From: Spirochaetia bacterium
GTDB lineage: Bacteria; Spirochaetota; Spirochaetia; UBA9216
DNA length: 64,000 bases
Direction: 5' to 3'
NCBI GenBank assembly: GCA_963675665.1
Contig: OY776510.1
Coordinates: forward strand, 2,944,001-3,008,000
In this document: positions 10,281 to 20,965 of the stretch, one piece after another
Numbering within the stretch: position 1 is the stretch's first letter
Layout: every line of letters starts with the position of its first letter
The notes under the pieces: generated by a model
What the model was told of the DNA's origin: nothing
The model's input: the letters and a program-made list of their open reading frames with translations, nothing else
Database searches by the model: none
Made by a program: the position numbers and the translations under genes

Positions 10281-11408
10281 CTACCGGGAAAGCTTTTTTA
10301 CAAAACACCGCCTTCTTTTATGCTGACGATGTTCGTAGTGTCTCCATATATCCTGAACAGCTTTATTGTTTTCAAGTTCTCCGGAGGTTTCACAGCTTTT
10401 AATTCCGTTTCTGATTGCAGCCTTGTTTACTTCGGTCAGCATCAGCGCAATTATTCCCCGGCCCGAATATTCTTTTTTTACACCGATAAGATAAAGATCC
10501 AGCTTTTCAGGGTGTTTGAACGCATGCAGAATATGAAATATCCCAAACGGAAATAATCTGCCCCGGGCTTTTTGCAGCGCTTTTGTAAGCGACGGAAATG
10601 CAATTCCTGCAGCAATGACATTGTCGTTCTCATCCAGAACAAACTTCGTATAATCTGGAACAATGAAGCCGAAATACTGTTTGGTATAAAAATCTTTCTG
10701 TTTCTGTGTCAGAGGAACCGTGCCGAATAATTTTTCATAAGCCTCGTCAATTATTTCCCAGAAACCGGGAATATATGGTTTGAAATCCCCGGATTTTTTT
10801 GCATCAAGCAGCCTGATTCCGGAACGTTTGCAGATTAGATCATTAACATGAATTACTTTTTCAGGAATTTCATCGGGGACTTTGACCTCGAATTCAAGCC
10901 AGTCAACTTCCTTGCTGTAACCCAGTTTTTCCAGATGTACAGGATAATAGGAATAATTATATATCATGGGGTATGTGCCCTGCTCGTCAAATCCTTCAAC
11001 AAGCATGCCTTCTTCATCCAGGTCGGTAAAGCCCATCGGGCCTTCTATAGCCTCCATACCGTTTTCTGCGGACCATTTCTCTACGGCTGAAAAAAGCGCT
11101 GCTGAAACTTCTTCATCATCTATGAAGTCGAGCCAGCCGAATCTGGCTTTCTTTTCTCCCCATTTATTTACCAGTGCGTCATTGAGTATTCCGCCAATTC
11201 TTCCGGCAATCATGTCGTTTTTGAATGCAAGCCAGTATTTCGACCTGCAGTGTTCAAATGCAGGATTAATTTCAGAATTGAGGGTTTTCAGCTCATCCCT
11301 TATAAACGGAGGCGCCCAGTATTTGTTGTTTTTATAAAGCCGGAAAGGAAACTTTACAAACTGCCTGAGCTCCGATTTGGTTTTTACTTCTTTAATGATC
11401 ACGCTCAT
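10281..11408 (-). CDS. GNAT-fold protein (YghO-like)
   Basis: FVKFPFRLY, GRIGG, RFGWLDF, EGPMGFTD and GVKKEYSGRG acetyl-CoA motif. Confidence 0.8.
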   Translation of the reverse strand: MSVIIKEVKTKSELRQFVKFPFRLYKNNKYWAPPFIRDELKTLNSEINPAFEHCRSKYWLAFKNDMIAGRIGGILNDALVNKWGEKKARFGWLDFIDDEEVSAALFSAVEKWSAENGMEAIEGPMGFTDLDEEGMLVEGFDEQGTYPMIYNYSYYPVHLEKLGYSKEVDWLEFEVKVPDEIPEKVIHVNDLICKRSGIRLLDAKKSGDFKPYIPGFWEIIDEAYEKLFGTVPLTQKQKDFYTKQYFGFIVPDYTKFVLDENDNVIAAGIAFPSLTKALQKARGRLFPFGIFHILHAFKHPEKLDLYLIGVKKEYSGRGIIALMLTEVNKAAIRNGIKSCETSGELENNKAVQDIWRHYEHRQHKRRRCFVKKLSR

Positions 11409-11508
11409 GCATCCTCCGTAAAAAAAAGGAAGAATATTCAGGATAAATAGTACTATATACTATTTTTATCTTTTCAGAAACAAAAATGATTGATGAAAAA
11501 TCTTGCTT

Positions 11509-12081
11509 CTAATAGATGTTTTTGATTTCCATGTATCTGAAACAGCCCGTCAGATGATCATTAACCATTCCGGCGGATTGCATATAAGCATAGCAGATAG
11601 TAGATCCGCAGAATTTGAATCCTCTTTTTTTCAGGTCTTTCGACATTGCATCCGACACGGATGTTGAGGATGGCAGGTCTGATAATTTGCTGAATGGATT
11701 GTTAATACTCTTGCCTCCGGTAAAATGCCAGATATATTTATCAAAACTCCCGAATTCCTTTTTTACCTCAAGAAACGCCTGTGCGTTGGAAACGGCTGAT
11801 CTTATTTTCAGATTGTTTCGGATAATGCCGGGATTTTGCAGAAGTTCGGAAATTTCGGTTTCATTATATGCCGCCACTTTAACAGGATCGAAACCGTCAA
11901 ATGCCAGCCGGTAATTTTCCCGTTTGCGGAGAACTGTTATCCATGAAAGGCCGGCCTGTGCGCCTTCAAGTACAAGAAGTTCGAAGTGTTTGATATCATC
12001 ATGGACAGGTACTCCCCATTCTTCATCATGATATTGAACATAGAGAGGGTCATTTCCGCACCAGCTGCATCTGCGTTTCAT
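11509..12081 (-). CDS. tag: DNA-3-methyladenine glycosylase I
   Basis: RCSW, YHDEEWG, LEGAQAGLSW, GMVNDH...C. Confidence 0.96.
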   Translation of the reverse strand: MKRRCSWCGNDPLYVQYHDEEWGVPVHDDIKHFELLVLEGAQAGLSWITVLRKRENYRLAFDGFDPVKVAAYNETEISELLQNPGIIRNNLKIRSAVSNAQAFLEVKKEFGSFDKYIWHFTGGKSINNPFSKLSDLPSSTSVSDAMSKDLKKRGFKFCGSTICYAYMQSAGMVNDHLTGCFRYMEIKNIY

Positions 12082-12212
12082 ATTCTATCTTTAGCATATG
12101 GAACAATAAAAGAGAAGATGCTAAACGGTATGGCAATCGGAAGGAATCTGCAACTCGTGTAGGTAAAATATAGAAAAAATTGTAATAAAACACCATAAAA
12201 ACAATTATTAAT

Positions 12213-12240
12213 TTGACAAAAGTTAAATAGATGGTAAAAT
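12213..12240 (+). promoter_or_regulatory. Sigma70-like promoter of the sugar ABC operon
   Basis: TTGACA-N16-TAAAAT with an extended TG. Confidence 0.6.
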
Positions 12241-12308
12241 ATCAAATAAATCTAAATAAAGACTCTCATATAAAACATGAAGAGAGAAAGAAGGACGGAG
12301 GACTTAAA

Positions 12309-13262
12309 ATGAAAAAAAAGGTTGCAGTTTTTTTAATTGTTACAACTATTCTTTTTAGCGGAACAGTATTATTCGCAAGCGGTCAGCAGGACAAAGATGA
12401 TGGTCAGCTGAAAATTGTTTATTCGCAGATTGACCTTGTTAACCCGTTTTTTATTTCAAGGCTTGAAGGTGCAAAAGCCAAATGTGAAGAACTCGGAATA
12501 AAACTTATAGTAGACGATGCGCAGTGTGATGTTTCGAAGCAGGTTTCATCAATTGAAAATTATATTGCGCAGGGTGTTGACGGTATCATTATGATTTGTG
12601 TTGATACAGCGGCAATGACCGATGTGGTTGCCCAGGCAACAGACGCCGGGATTCCGGTTATGACTGTAATTACCCTTGTTGAAGGCTCATCGGCACAGTG
12701 CATACTCGATGAGTATGAGTTCGGTTACCAGGCCGGTTTGAATGCAGGTGAATGGGTTTCTGAAGAACTGGGCGGAAAGGCTGATTGTGCTATTCTCGGC
12801 TATCCCGATATGCCGCAGAATAAATACAGAATTGACGGAATGAGAGACGGTCTTCTTAAACTTGCTCCCGGTGCGAATATTGTATCGGATAATCAGTCGG
12901 CAAATAATACGGCAGACGGTATGAAATGTACCGAGGTGCTTCTTCAGGCAAACAAAGACCTTGAAGTTATAATATGTCATTCAGATGCTGTTGCGCTTGG
13001 CGCTTATGAAGCTGTAATTGCTGCAGATCGCGATAGCGACAGGTTCTTTATCGGCGGTATTGATGCAACTCCTCCGGGGCTTGACGCAATGAAGGAAGGC
13101 GGTATTTTCAGGGCAAGCGTAGATATGATGCCGTATGCCGAAGCTGCAAACGATATAGAGATGATGGTCGATCTTATTAACGGCAAAAAGGTTGAAGACC
13201 ATGTGATTTCTTTTGAAAGGGTGACCTGGAAGAATCTCGAAGAATATCTTGCCTCAAAATAA
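12309..13262 (+). CDS. Sugar ABC transporter substrate-binding protein (RbsB-like)
   Basis: Start moved to ATG 12309 after GGAGG. Signal MKKKVAVF...LFASGQQD, NPFF, GGIDAT. Confidence 0.9.
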   Translation: MKKKVAVFLIVTTILFSGTVLFASGQQDKDDGQLKIVYSQIDLVNPFFISRLEGAKAKCEELGIKLIVDDAQCDVSKQVSSIENYIAQGVDGIIMICVDTAAMTDVVAQATDAGIPVMTVITLVEGSSAQCILDEYEFGYQAGLNAGEWVSEELGGKADCAILGYPDMPQNKYRIDGMRDGLLKLAPGANIVSDNQSANNTADGMKCTEVLLQANKDLEVIICHSDAVALGAYEAVIAADRDSDRFFIGGIDATPPGLDAMKEGGIFRASVDMMPYAEAANDIEMMVDLINGKKVEDHVISFERVTWKNLEEYLASK

Positions 13263-13288
13263 TCAGAATACAGATTAATCATTTTATT

Positions 13289-13316
13289 GCAGTCGCCCGG
13301 TGCTCCGGGCGGCTGC
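13289..13316 (+). other. Intercistronic stem-loop after the SBP gene
   Basis: GCAGTCGCCCGG-TGCT-CCGGGCGGCTGC with no U-tract; typical mRNA-stabilising hairpin in ABC operons. Confidence 0.55.
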
Positions 13317-13337
13317 TGTATATATAAGGAGTCAGTT

Positions 13338-14828
13338 TTGATTAAAGATATTATCCTCGAGGCGAAAAATATCAGTAAGGGATTTCCCGGCGTTCAGGCT
13401 CTTGATGACGTGAAGTTTGATCTCAGAAAGGGCGAGGTTCATGCTTTAATAGGCGAAAACGGCGCCGGGAAATCTACTTTCATAAAAATATTAACCGGAG
13501 CTCATCAGCCTGACGGCGGACAGATCCTGCTGTCGGGAAAGAAACTTACCGATTTAACGCCACACCTTGCGATGAAATACGGTATTTCGGCGATTTACCA
13601 GGAGTTTAACCTGATCCCGTATTTAACGGTTGCAGAGAATATATTTTTTGGAAGGGAAATCACAAAATCAGTCTTTGTTGATATGGAGAAGATGAATAAG
13701 TCGGCTTCCGAAATTTTCAGGGCCATCGATGTAAATATAAATCCGAAGCTGCAGGTATCCGAGTTAACCGTTGCATATAAGCAGCTTGTAGAAATTGGTA
13801 AAGCCGTCAGTCAGAATTCCCGGATACTTATTTTTGATGAGCCGACGGCAGCGCTCACGAACAGGGAGACTGAAAACCTGTTCAAACTGATAAAAAAACT
13901 GAAAGCTGAAGGGGTCTCGATAATTTATATTTCACACAGGCTTGAAGAACTTCAGGAAATTGCGGACAGAATAACCGTTTTGCGTGACGGCCGATATATT
14001 GATACCCTGGATATTCACGAAACCGACAGGGCCGGGCTGATAAGCCTCATGGTCGGAAGAAAGCTTGGAGTAAATTTTCCGAGACCGTCTGCCGCCGGGG
14101 GTGAAGTACTTCTCGAAGTGAATAACCTGAGCACAGAAGGCTTTCTTAAGGATATAAATTTCAAGCTCAGGCGCGGAGAAATCCTCGGTTTCGGCGGCCT
14201 GGTAGGTGCCGGACGTACGGAGGTAGCCAGAGCGCTCTTCGGTCTGGACAGGATGGAATCAGGAGAGGTTTACATCAGGGGTTGTAAAGTCGAAAACAGA
14301 AGTCCGGCCAAAGCTATTGAAAACGGAATAGGTCTTATACCGGAGGACAGAAAAGACCAGGGGGTACTTCTTAATCTGTCGGTAAGGGAAAACATTGGTT
14401 ATACATTCACAAAACTTATAACAGACTGGATTTTTATAAACAGGAAAAAAGAGAAAACCCTAGTAGACGAATTCAGAAAGAAACTATCCATAAAATGTTC
14501 TTCCGCCGAACAGAGGGCGGCCAATCTGAGCGGCGGGAACCAGCAGAAAGTAGTGCTTGCAAAATGGCTTGCCGGCGACTGCGATGTTCTCATATTTGAC
14601 GAGCCGACACGCGGTATCGATGTCGGTGCAAAGCAGGAAATCTATAACCTGATAAAGGAACAGGCTGAAGCCGGAAAAGGAATAATCCTGATTTCTTCCG
14701 AAATGCCGGAACTTATTGGAATGTCCGAAAGGATAATCGTTATGCATGAAGGCGCCATAGAAGGTGTACTTTCGGCCGATGAAGTGAGTCAGGAGAAGAT
14801 CCTTGACCTTGCCTCGGGAACCAATTAA
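13338..14828 (+). CDS. Sugar ABC transporter ATP-binding protein (RbsA-like)
   Basis: GENGAGKST, two DEPT motifs, LSGGNQQK. TTG start after AAGGAG. Confidence 0.95.
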   Translation: MIKDIILEAKNISKGFPGVQALDDVKFDLRKGEVHALIGENGAGKSTFIKILTGAHQPDGGQILLSGKKLTDLTPHLAMKYGISAIYQEFNLIPYLTVAENIFFGREITKSVFVDMEKMNKSASEIFRAIDVNINPKLQVSELTVAYKQLVEIGKAVSQNSRILIFDEPTAALTNRETENLFKLIKKLKAEGVSIIYISHRLEELQEIADRITVLRDGRYIDTLDIHETDRAGLISLMVGRKLGVNFPRPSAAGGEVLLEVNNLSTEGFLKDINFKLRRGEILGFGGLVGAGRTEVARALFGLDRMESGEVYIRGCKVENRSPAKAIENGIGLIPEDRKDQGVLLNLSVRENIGYTFTKLITDWIFINRKKEKTLVDEFRKKLSIKCSSAEQRAANLSGGNQQKVVLAKWLAGDCDVLIFDEPTRGIDVGAKQEIYNLIKEQAEAGKGIILISSEMPELIGMSERIIVMHEGAIEGVLSADEVSQEKILDLASGTN

Positions 14829-14843
14829 ACAAAGGAGGATTTT

Positions 14844-15812
14844 ATGCCGGATGGGTTCAATCCGATAAAGTCGATTCGTAAACATGGAATTTTCTATGTC
14901 TGTATTGTAGTTTTTATTTTTTTTGCTGTTGCATCAGATGCATTTCTTACAAAAAACAATCTGATGAATGTTGTAAGGCAGGTATCAATGCTGGGGATAA
15001 CTGCGGTAGGAATGACTTGTGTAATACTGACCTCCGGAATAGATCTGACCGTCGGGTCTGTTCTGGGGCTTGCCGGAACAGTCTGCGCCAAACTGATGGT
15101 AGAGGCGGGGTTTCATCCGGTTATATCAGTCATACTCGCACTGGTCGCCGCATGTCTGTGCGGTATCGTCAGTGCGTTTATGATCACAACCGTGCGTATC
15201 CCTCCGCTTATTGCCACGTTGGGGTTAATGGGAACAATAAGGGGCGTAATATACATACTCTGCGGCGGGTTGCCGGTTTACGGTTTTACAAAGTCCTTCA
15301 AGATAATAGGGCAGGGATATATCGGTATAATTCCGGTTCCGGTTATCATAATGATCATAATATTTATAATAGGGCATCTTTTTCTCAACCGTTCAAGATA
15401 TGGCCGGTATATTTACGGTCTCGGCGGAAATGAAGAGGCTGCACGGCTTTCAGGTGTAAATATTCGGGGAATGAAGTATCTGACATATATATTTTCATCC
15501 CTCTGTGCGGGAATTGCCGGTATCGTAATGCTTTCACGGCTATTCAGCGCCCAGCCGACAACCGGAGACGGGTTTGAAATGAATGTAATCACTGCGGTTG
15601 TTCTGGGCGGAATAAGTATTGCCGGAGGCGAAGGAAAACTCAGCGGTGTAATAGCAGGTGTTATGATCATAGGAATTCTGACAAACGGAATGATTCTACT
15701 GAATATAGATTCTTACTGGCAAATGGTTGTTCAGGGAATTGTACTTCTAATGGCGGTAGGTGTGGACCAGTTAGGGAAGTCAATGAATGGAAAAGCAAAA
15801 AAAACTATATAA
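14844..15812 (+). CDS. Sugar ABC transporter permease (RbsC-like)
   Basis: GIDLTVGS, GGNEEAARLSG, AVVLGG. Confidence 0.95.
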   Translation: MPDGFNPIKSIRKHGIFYVCIVVFIFFAVASDAFLTKNNLMNVVRQVSMLGITAVGMTCVILTSGIDLTVGSVLGLAGTVCAKLMVEAGFHPVISVILALVAACLCGIVSAFMITTVRIPPLIATLGLMGTIRGVIYILCGGLPVYGFTKSFKIIGQGYIGIIPVPVIIMIIIFIIGHLFLNRSRYGRYIYGLGGNEEAARLSGVNIRGMKYLTYIFSSLCAGIAGIVMLSRLFSAQPTTGDGFEMNVITAVVLGGISIAGGEGKLSGVIAGVMIIGILTNGMILLNIDSYWQMVVQGIVLLMAVGVDQLGKSMNGKAKKTI

Positions 15813-15825
15813 TTTTCAAAAAATT

Positions 15826-15855
15826 AACCGGAATCCTTTATGTTTCCGGTTTTTA
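15826..15855 (+). terminator. Probable intrinsic terminator
   Basis: AACCGGAA-loop-TTCCGGTT followed by a T-run. Confidence 0.55.
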
Positions 15856-15921
15856 ATTAAAAAATGTTTTATAAATGGAATTTTTCATAATATAATTTAT
15901 AAATAAAACGTATCAGTAGGT

Positions 15922-16861
15922 TTGTTCATGGTTGATAACTTCTTGAAAATTATTCTGCTTGTTGAAGATGATGCAATCATTGCTCTTGAAGAAACATTTA
16001 CGCTGGAGAAAAACGGTTACACAGTGGTTTCGGTCTGCAGTGGAGAAGAAGCTGTTGAAATTGCCGTAAACAGTCAAAATATTGATCTTGTCCTTATGGA
16101 TATTAACCTGGGCGACGGAATGGACGGGATTGAGGCTGCCCGTCTTATACTGAAAGAAAAAGAGATTCCTCTAATATTTCTATCATCGCACATGGAAAAA
16201 GAGATTGTTGAGAAGACTGAGTGCGTCACATCATACGGATATATCACCAAGAACTCCAGTGAAGCTGTAATGCTGACCTCTATAAAAATGGCTTTCAAAC
16301 TTTTTGCTGCCCGGCAGGACATTAAAACAACTGATCAGTATCTAAAAAATGCAAACGATACCCTTGATTCGATATTTAACTCGATAAATGATGCTATTGC
16401 TTTAATAAATATGGATTCCCGGATTGAAAAATGTAATGAAGCATTCAAAATTATTTCAGGTCGAGACGAAAAAAATATTATCGGCATGAAGTGTATGGAT
16501 TTAATACATGAAAAAGGTTTACGCCCCCCTGAATGTCCTTTTATCAGAATGCTGAAAAGCGGCAAACGTGAAAAAATGGAACTCCCTTTAAACGGTAAAA
16601 TATATGAAGTTATAGTTGATCCGTTATTCGACAATGACGGGAAAATGATTAAAGCTGTGCATATTATTACTGATATAACCGAACGGAAGCAGGCTGAAGA
16701 GGCGCTGAATAAACAGTTAAGCGAATTGTTGCTGCCTGTAAAAGATGATGATATTAATTTAAAAAATCTATTAGATACGGACTCTCTCCGGAAGCTGCAG
16801 GATTCTTTTTGCTGATATAACAGGTGCGGCAGCTATCCCGATCCCTGCAGGACAAGTGTGA
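15922..16861 (+). pseudogene. Truncated REC-PAS-(PocR) signalling protein
   Basis: Receiver domain (LLVEDD, LMDINL, YITK) and PAS (..DITERKQAEE), then the start of a PocR-like domain (LLDTDSLRKLQDSF) that stops at 16815. The alternate frame continues ADITGAAA only to 16861. No output domain. Confidence 0.7.
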
Positions 16862-16943
16862 TTCCCTCCCGACTGTTGCAGCATAATTATGAATAAGCCC
16901 GGTTAGCCTTGTAATTATCGCTTCTTTCCGTTATGTTCAATTC

Positions 16944-18578
16944 ATGTTGACAGTTAGTGATATTACCCTTTCATTCGGAGAAAGGGTTCTCTTTAAAGAG
17001 GTAAATATTAAGTTCCTTCCGGGGAACTGTTATGGTGTAATTGGAGCAAACGGAGCCGGAAAATCTACATTTCTCAAGGTTTTATCGGGTGATCTTGAAG
17101 CGGACAAGGGAGAAGTAATAATTACTCCCGGCGAACGGATGGCTGTTCTGCAGCAGGACCAGTTTGCATTTGATGATTATTCGGTAATGCACACCGTTAT
17201 TATGGGGCATAAAAATCTCTATGAAATAATGATTGAAAAAGATGCCATATATGAGAAAGCCGATTTCAGTGAAGAAGACGGAATCAGGGCGGCGGAACTT
17301 GAAGGCGAATTTGCGGAAATGAACGGCTGGGAGGCGGAAAGCGAAGCTGCAACCCTGCTGAGCCAGCTTGGTATAAGCGAAGACCTGCATTATAAGCAGA
17401 TGGAGGAAATTGAACCGGCGCTCAAGGTTCGAATCCTTCTCGCTCAGGCTTTGTTCGGGAACCCGGACATTCTTTTGCTTGATGAGCCTACAAATAACCT
17501 CGATCTTGAATCAATTTCATGGCTCGAGGAATTCCTGTATAAATTTGATAATACAGTTATCGTAGTATCTCATGACCGGCATTTTCTTAACAAGGTTTGT
17601 ACGCATATTGCAGATGTTGATTTCGGAAAAATAAAGCTCTTTGTCGGAAATTACGATTTCTGGTATATGGCAAGCCAGCTGGCTCTCAAACAGATGAAGG
17701 ATGAGAAAAGACGCCGTGAAGACAAGGTTGCCGAACTGAAGGAATTTATCCAGCGGTTCAGTTCCAATGCGTCCAAGGCCAAACAGGCCACAAGCCGAAA
17801 AAAACTGATTGAAAAGCTTACTATAGACGACATCAAACCTTCATCGAGAAAATTCCCCTACGTCGATTTCAAGCCGGACAGGGACCCGGGTAATAATATC
17901 CTGACGATTGAGGGACTCAATAAAGAAGTTGACGGCGAACAGGTGATTAAGGACCTTTCCATCACTGTAAATAAGGGCGACAAGATTGCATTTGTCGGTC
18001 CTATGCACGCCTCCAAGACTGCATTGTATGATATCCTGTCGGGAATTATCGAACCGGACTCCGGCAGTTTCGAATGGGGAGTGACAATAAAAAACGGTTA
18101 CTTTCCAAAAGACAATACAACTTTCTTTGAGAACGAGATGACCATAGTAGAATGGCTGCAGCAGTATACTGAGGTGGAAGAAGAGTCTTTTGTAAGGGGT
18201 TTTCTCGGCAGAATGCTTTTCAGCGGTGAGGAAGCCCTTAAAAAAGTAAAGGTGCTGTCCGGAGGCGAGAAGGTAAGGTGCATGCTTTCAAAGCTTATGC
18301 TTGAAGGGGCGAATGCGCTTATATTCGACGAGCCTACAAACCATCTTGATCTTGAATCCATAACCGCCCTGAACAACGGTCTGATCAAATACCCCGGGGT
18401 GCTGCTTTTTAATTCGCATGACCACCAGTTTGTGCATACGGTTGCAAACCGCATAATAGAGTTTGCCCCGGACGGGATAATAGACCGGATGATGCCTTTT
18501 GACGATTACCTTGTCAATGAAGATGTGAAAACTCTCAGAGATGAACTGTGGCACGGACACCACGGGCTTTCAATCTGA
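16944..18578 (+). CDS. ABC-F family ATPase (YbiT-like)
   Basis: Two ABC domains (GANGAGKST, LDEPTNNLD, LSGGE, FDEPTNHLD), linker FSSNASKAKQATSR, no TM segments. Confidence 0.93.
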   Translation: MLTVSDITLSFGERVLFKEVNIKFLPGNCYGVIGANGAGKSTFLKVLSGDLEADKGEVIITPGERMAVLQQDQFAFDDYSVMHTVIMGHKNLYEIMIEKDAIYEKADFSEEDGIRAAELEGEFAEMNGWEAESEAATLLSQLGISEDLHYKQMEEIEPALKVRILLAQALFGNPDILLLDEPTNNLDLESISWLEEFLYKFDNTVIVVSHDRHFLNKVCTHIADVDFGKIKLFVGNYDFWYMASQLALKQMKDEKRRREDKVAELKEFIQRFSSNASKAKQATSRKKLIEKLTIDDIKPSSRKFPYVDFKPDRDPGNNILTIEGLNKEVDGEQVIKDLSITVNKGDKIAFVGPMHASKTALYDILSGIIEPDSGSFEWGVTIKNGYFPKDNTTFFENEMTIVEWLQQYTEVEEESFVRGFLGRMLFSGEEALKKVKVLSGGEKVRCMLSKLMLEGANALIFDEPTNHLDLESITALNNGLIKYPGVLLFNSHDHQFVHTVANRIIEFAPDGIIDRMMPFDDYLVNEDVKTLRDELWHGHHGLSI

Positions 18579-18585
18579 CTTATAT

Positions 18586-18656
18586 AAATATCAGAAACAA
18601 ACTTTTTTAAAACTCTGATAATCCAAAATCAGGATTATCAGGGTTTCCTGATATTT
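18586..18656 (+). terminator. Nested inverted repeat; probable terminator between ABC-F and nifS
   Basis: Inner arms 18610-18624/18632-18646; outer arms AAATATCAG/CTGATATTT. Confidence 0.5.
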
Positions 18657-18724
18657 TTATAAATTCAGATATCCATTCCTAAAACCTTGCCTTTCGACAG
18701 ATATATAGATATATTTCTAATATT

Positions 18725-19903
18725 ATGGATAGAGTTTACCTTGATAATAATGCAACAACCCTGGTTGATCCCCTTGTAAAAGACGCGATGGACCCTTTTT
18801 TTACAAAAATGTACGGGAACCCCAATTCACTGCACAGTTTCGGCACCGAAATACATCCCTACATGAGTATTGCGCTTGACAGGTTGTACGATGGCATAAA
18901 TGCCGATGATAAGGATGATATATTCATTAACAGCTGCGCTTCCGAGGGAAATAATACAGTAATTAAGTCGCTTTATTTCGACAGTGTTCTTAACAGTAAA
19001 AAAAACCGGATGATCACATCTGCAATTGAGCACCCGGCTGTTTCTAATGTATATTTGTTTCTTGAAAAACTTGGTGTCGATGTGAAATGGCTCCCGGTTA
19101 ACAGCCAGGGAATTGTTGATCCTGCCGAATTGCGAAAAGCTATTGATCCGGATAAAACAGCGCTTGTGTCGCTTATCTGGGCAAATAATGAAACCGGCCT
19201 GATAAACCCGGTTAAAGAGTACGGTGAAATCTGCCGTGAGAACGGAGTAAAACTGCATCTTGACGGAGTTCAGGCTATCGGGAAAATTCCTGTCGATGTT
19301 CAGGATGTTGAAGTCGATTATCTGACCTTCAGCGCCCATAAGTTTCACGGCCCGAAAGGAGTAGGCGGTCTGTATGTCCGAAACGGCGCAGGCATAACTC
19401 CCCTGATCCACGGCGGCGAACAGATGAACGGAAAACGCGCAGGCACCATCAATACCGCTTTCATGATAGGTATGGGACTTGCGCTGGAACTTGCCGTTAA
19501 AAACCTTGATTATGAAGCCACCGAAGTCCGCAGACTGCGCGATAAACTTGAAGACGCCATTCTTGAAATTGATGATGTCGAGGTTATTGGAAGCCGTGAT
19601 ATCCGGACGCCCAATACAATCCTGGCAAGTTTCAGGGGTATTGAGGGTGAAGCTTTCCTCTGGGATCTGAACCAGAAAGGAATAGCAGCATCAACCGGAA
19701 GTGCCTGCTCGTCGGAATCGCTGGAATCAAATCCGACCTTCCAGGCAATGCAGATAGGCGCTGATCTGGCCCATACAGGTATGAGATTCAGCCTGTCGCG
19801 TTATACAACTGAAGAAGAAATTGATTATGCTGTCGATGTTATCAAAGGTGCAGTAGAAAGATTGCGGAGAATCTCATCGACGAGCAACAGGGAATATATC
19901 TGA
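18725..19903 (+). CDS. nifS: Cysteine desulfurase, NifS type
   Basis: YLDNNATT, IEHPAV, SAHKFHGPKG, STGSACSS. Confidence 0.95.
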   Translation: MDRVYLDNNATTLVDPLVKDAMDPFFTKMYGNPNSLHSFGTEIHPYMSIALDRLYDGINADDKDDIFINSCASEGNNTVIKSLYFDSVLNSKKNRMITSAIEHPAVSNVYLFLEKLGVDVKWLPVNSQGIVDPAELRKAIDPDKTALVSLIWANNETGLINPVKEYGEICRENGVKLHLDGVQAIGKIPVDVQDVEVDYLTFSAHKFHGPKGVGGLYVRNGAGITPLIHGGEQMNGKRAGTINTAFMIGMGLALELAVKNLDYEATEVRRLRDKLEDAILEIDDVEVIGSRDIRTPNTILASFRGIEGEAFLWDLNQKGIAASTGSACSSESLESNPTFQAMQIGADLAHTGMRFSLSRYTTEEEIDYAVDVIKGAVERLRRISSTSNREYI

Positions 19904-19988
19904 GTTGGAGTAATTTGGAAAGCGGAATTTTTCAAATTAAATTACAGTAAACCTGCAACCGTGCAGGAAGCTATATATTGGAGAAGTC

Positions 19989-20954
19989 ATGGCTAAAAAT
20001 GATTTAATCGGCGGAGCTTTATGGGAAAATTATTCCGATAAAGTCAGCGACAGAATGAACAACCCGCGGTTTATGGGTGAAATCTCCGAGGAAGAGGCTG
20101 AAGCGAAGGGCGCAAAACTGATAATTGCAGATTTCGGAGCTGATTCATGCGGAGATGCTGTAAGACTTTACTGGATGGTTGACCCTAAAACCGATATTAT
20201 AATTGATTCCAAATACAAGAGCTTCGGATGCGGAACAGCTATCGCATCAAGTGACATAACGGCTGAACTATGCATAGGCAAAACTGTCGATGAAGCGGTT
20301 AAAATTACCAATATAGATGTTGAAAAAGCATTGCGTGATACCCCCGACAAGCCGGCAGTTCCTCCCCAGAAAATGCACTGTTCGGTAATGGCTTACGATG
20401 TAATAAAAAAAGCAGCTTCATTATACAAACAGGTTGATATGTCGGTTTTTGAAGATGAGGAAATTGTTTGCGAATGTGCAAGGGTCTCCCTGAGCACGAT
20501 CAAGGAAGTTATAAAGCTTAATGATTTGAAAACCGTTGAAGAGATTACCCAGTACACCAAGGCGGGAGCTTTCTGCAAATCCTGCATTAAACCCGGCGGG
20601 CATGAAGAGAGAAAATTTTATCTTGAAGATATTCTTCGTGATACGCGTGCCGAAATGGAACGCGAAAGGCTTAATTTCAGCAGCGAAACACAGACCTTCA
20701 GCGAAATGACCCTGATTCAGAAACATAAAAAAGTGGACAAGGCGATAACCGAATCGATTCTGCCGATTCTGAATGCGGACGGCGGAAGCGTTGAAGTCGT
20801 GGATATGCAGGAAGTGGACGATTATACCGACGTATATATCAAATACAAGGGGGCTTGCGCGGGCTGTGCGGCAAGCAGAACCGGTACATATGAGGCAATC
20901 GCCGACACGCTGAGAAAGAAAGTCGACGAATCAATCAGGGTCCACATTCTCTAA
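19989..20954 (+). CDS. nifU: Fe-S scaffold NifU (IscU + Fer2_BFD + Nfu domains)
   Basis: CGD, FGCG, KMHCS; CEC...CKSC; C-terminal GACAGC. Confidence 0.95.
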   Translation: MAKNDLIGGALWENYSDKVSDRMNNPRFMGEISEEEAEAKGAKLIIADFGADSCGDAVRLYWMVDPKTDIIIDSKYKSFGCGTAIASSDITAELCIGKTVDEAVKITNIDVEKALRDTPDKPAVPPQKMHCSVMAYDVIKKAASLYKQVDMSVFEDEEIVCECARVSLSTIKEVIKLNDLKTVEEITQYTKAGAFCKSCIKPGGHEERKFYLEDILRDTRAEMERERLNFSSETQTFSEMTLIQKHKKVDKAITESILPILNADGGSVEVVDMQEVDDYTDVYIKYKGACAGCAASRTGTYEAIADTLRKKVDESIRVHIL

Positions 20955-20965
20955 ACACCCGGAGG

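Noticed and set aside
16813-16815. Selenocysteine readthrough at C-TGA
   Set aside because: The in-frame continuation is short and unrecognisable, while the shifted frame gives the expected PocR-like ADITG.
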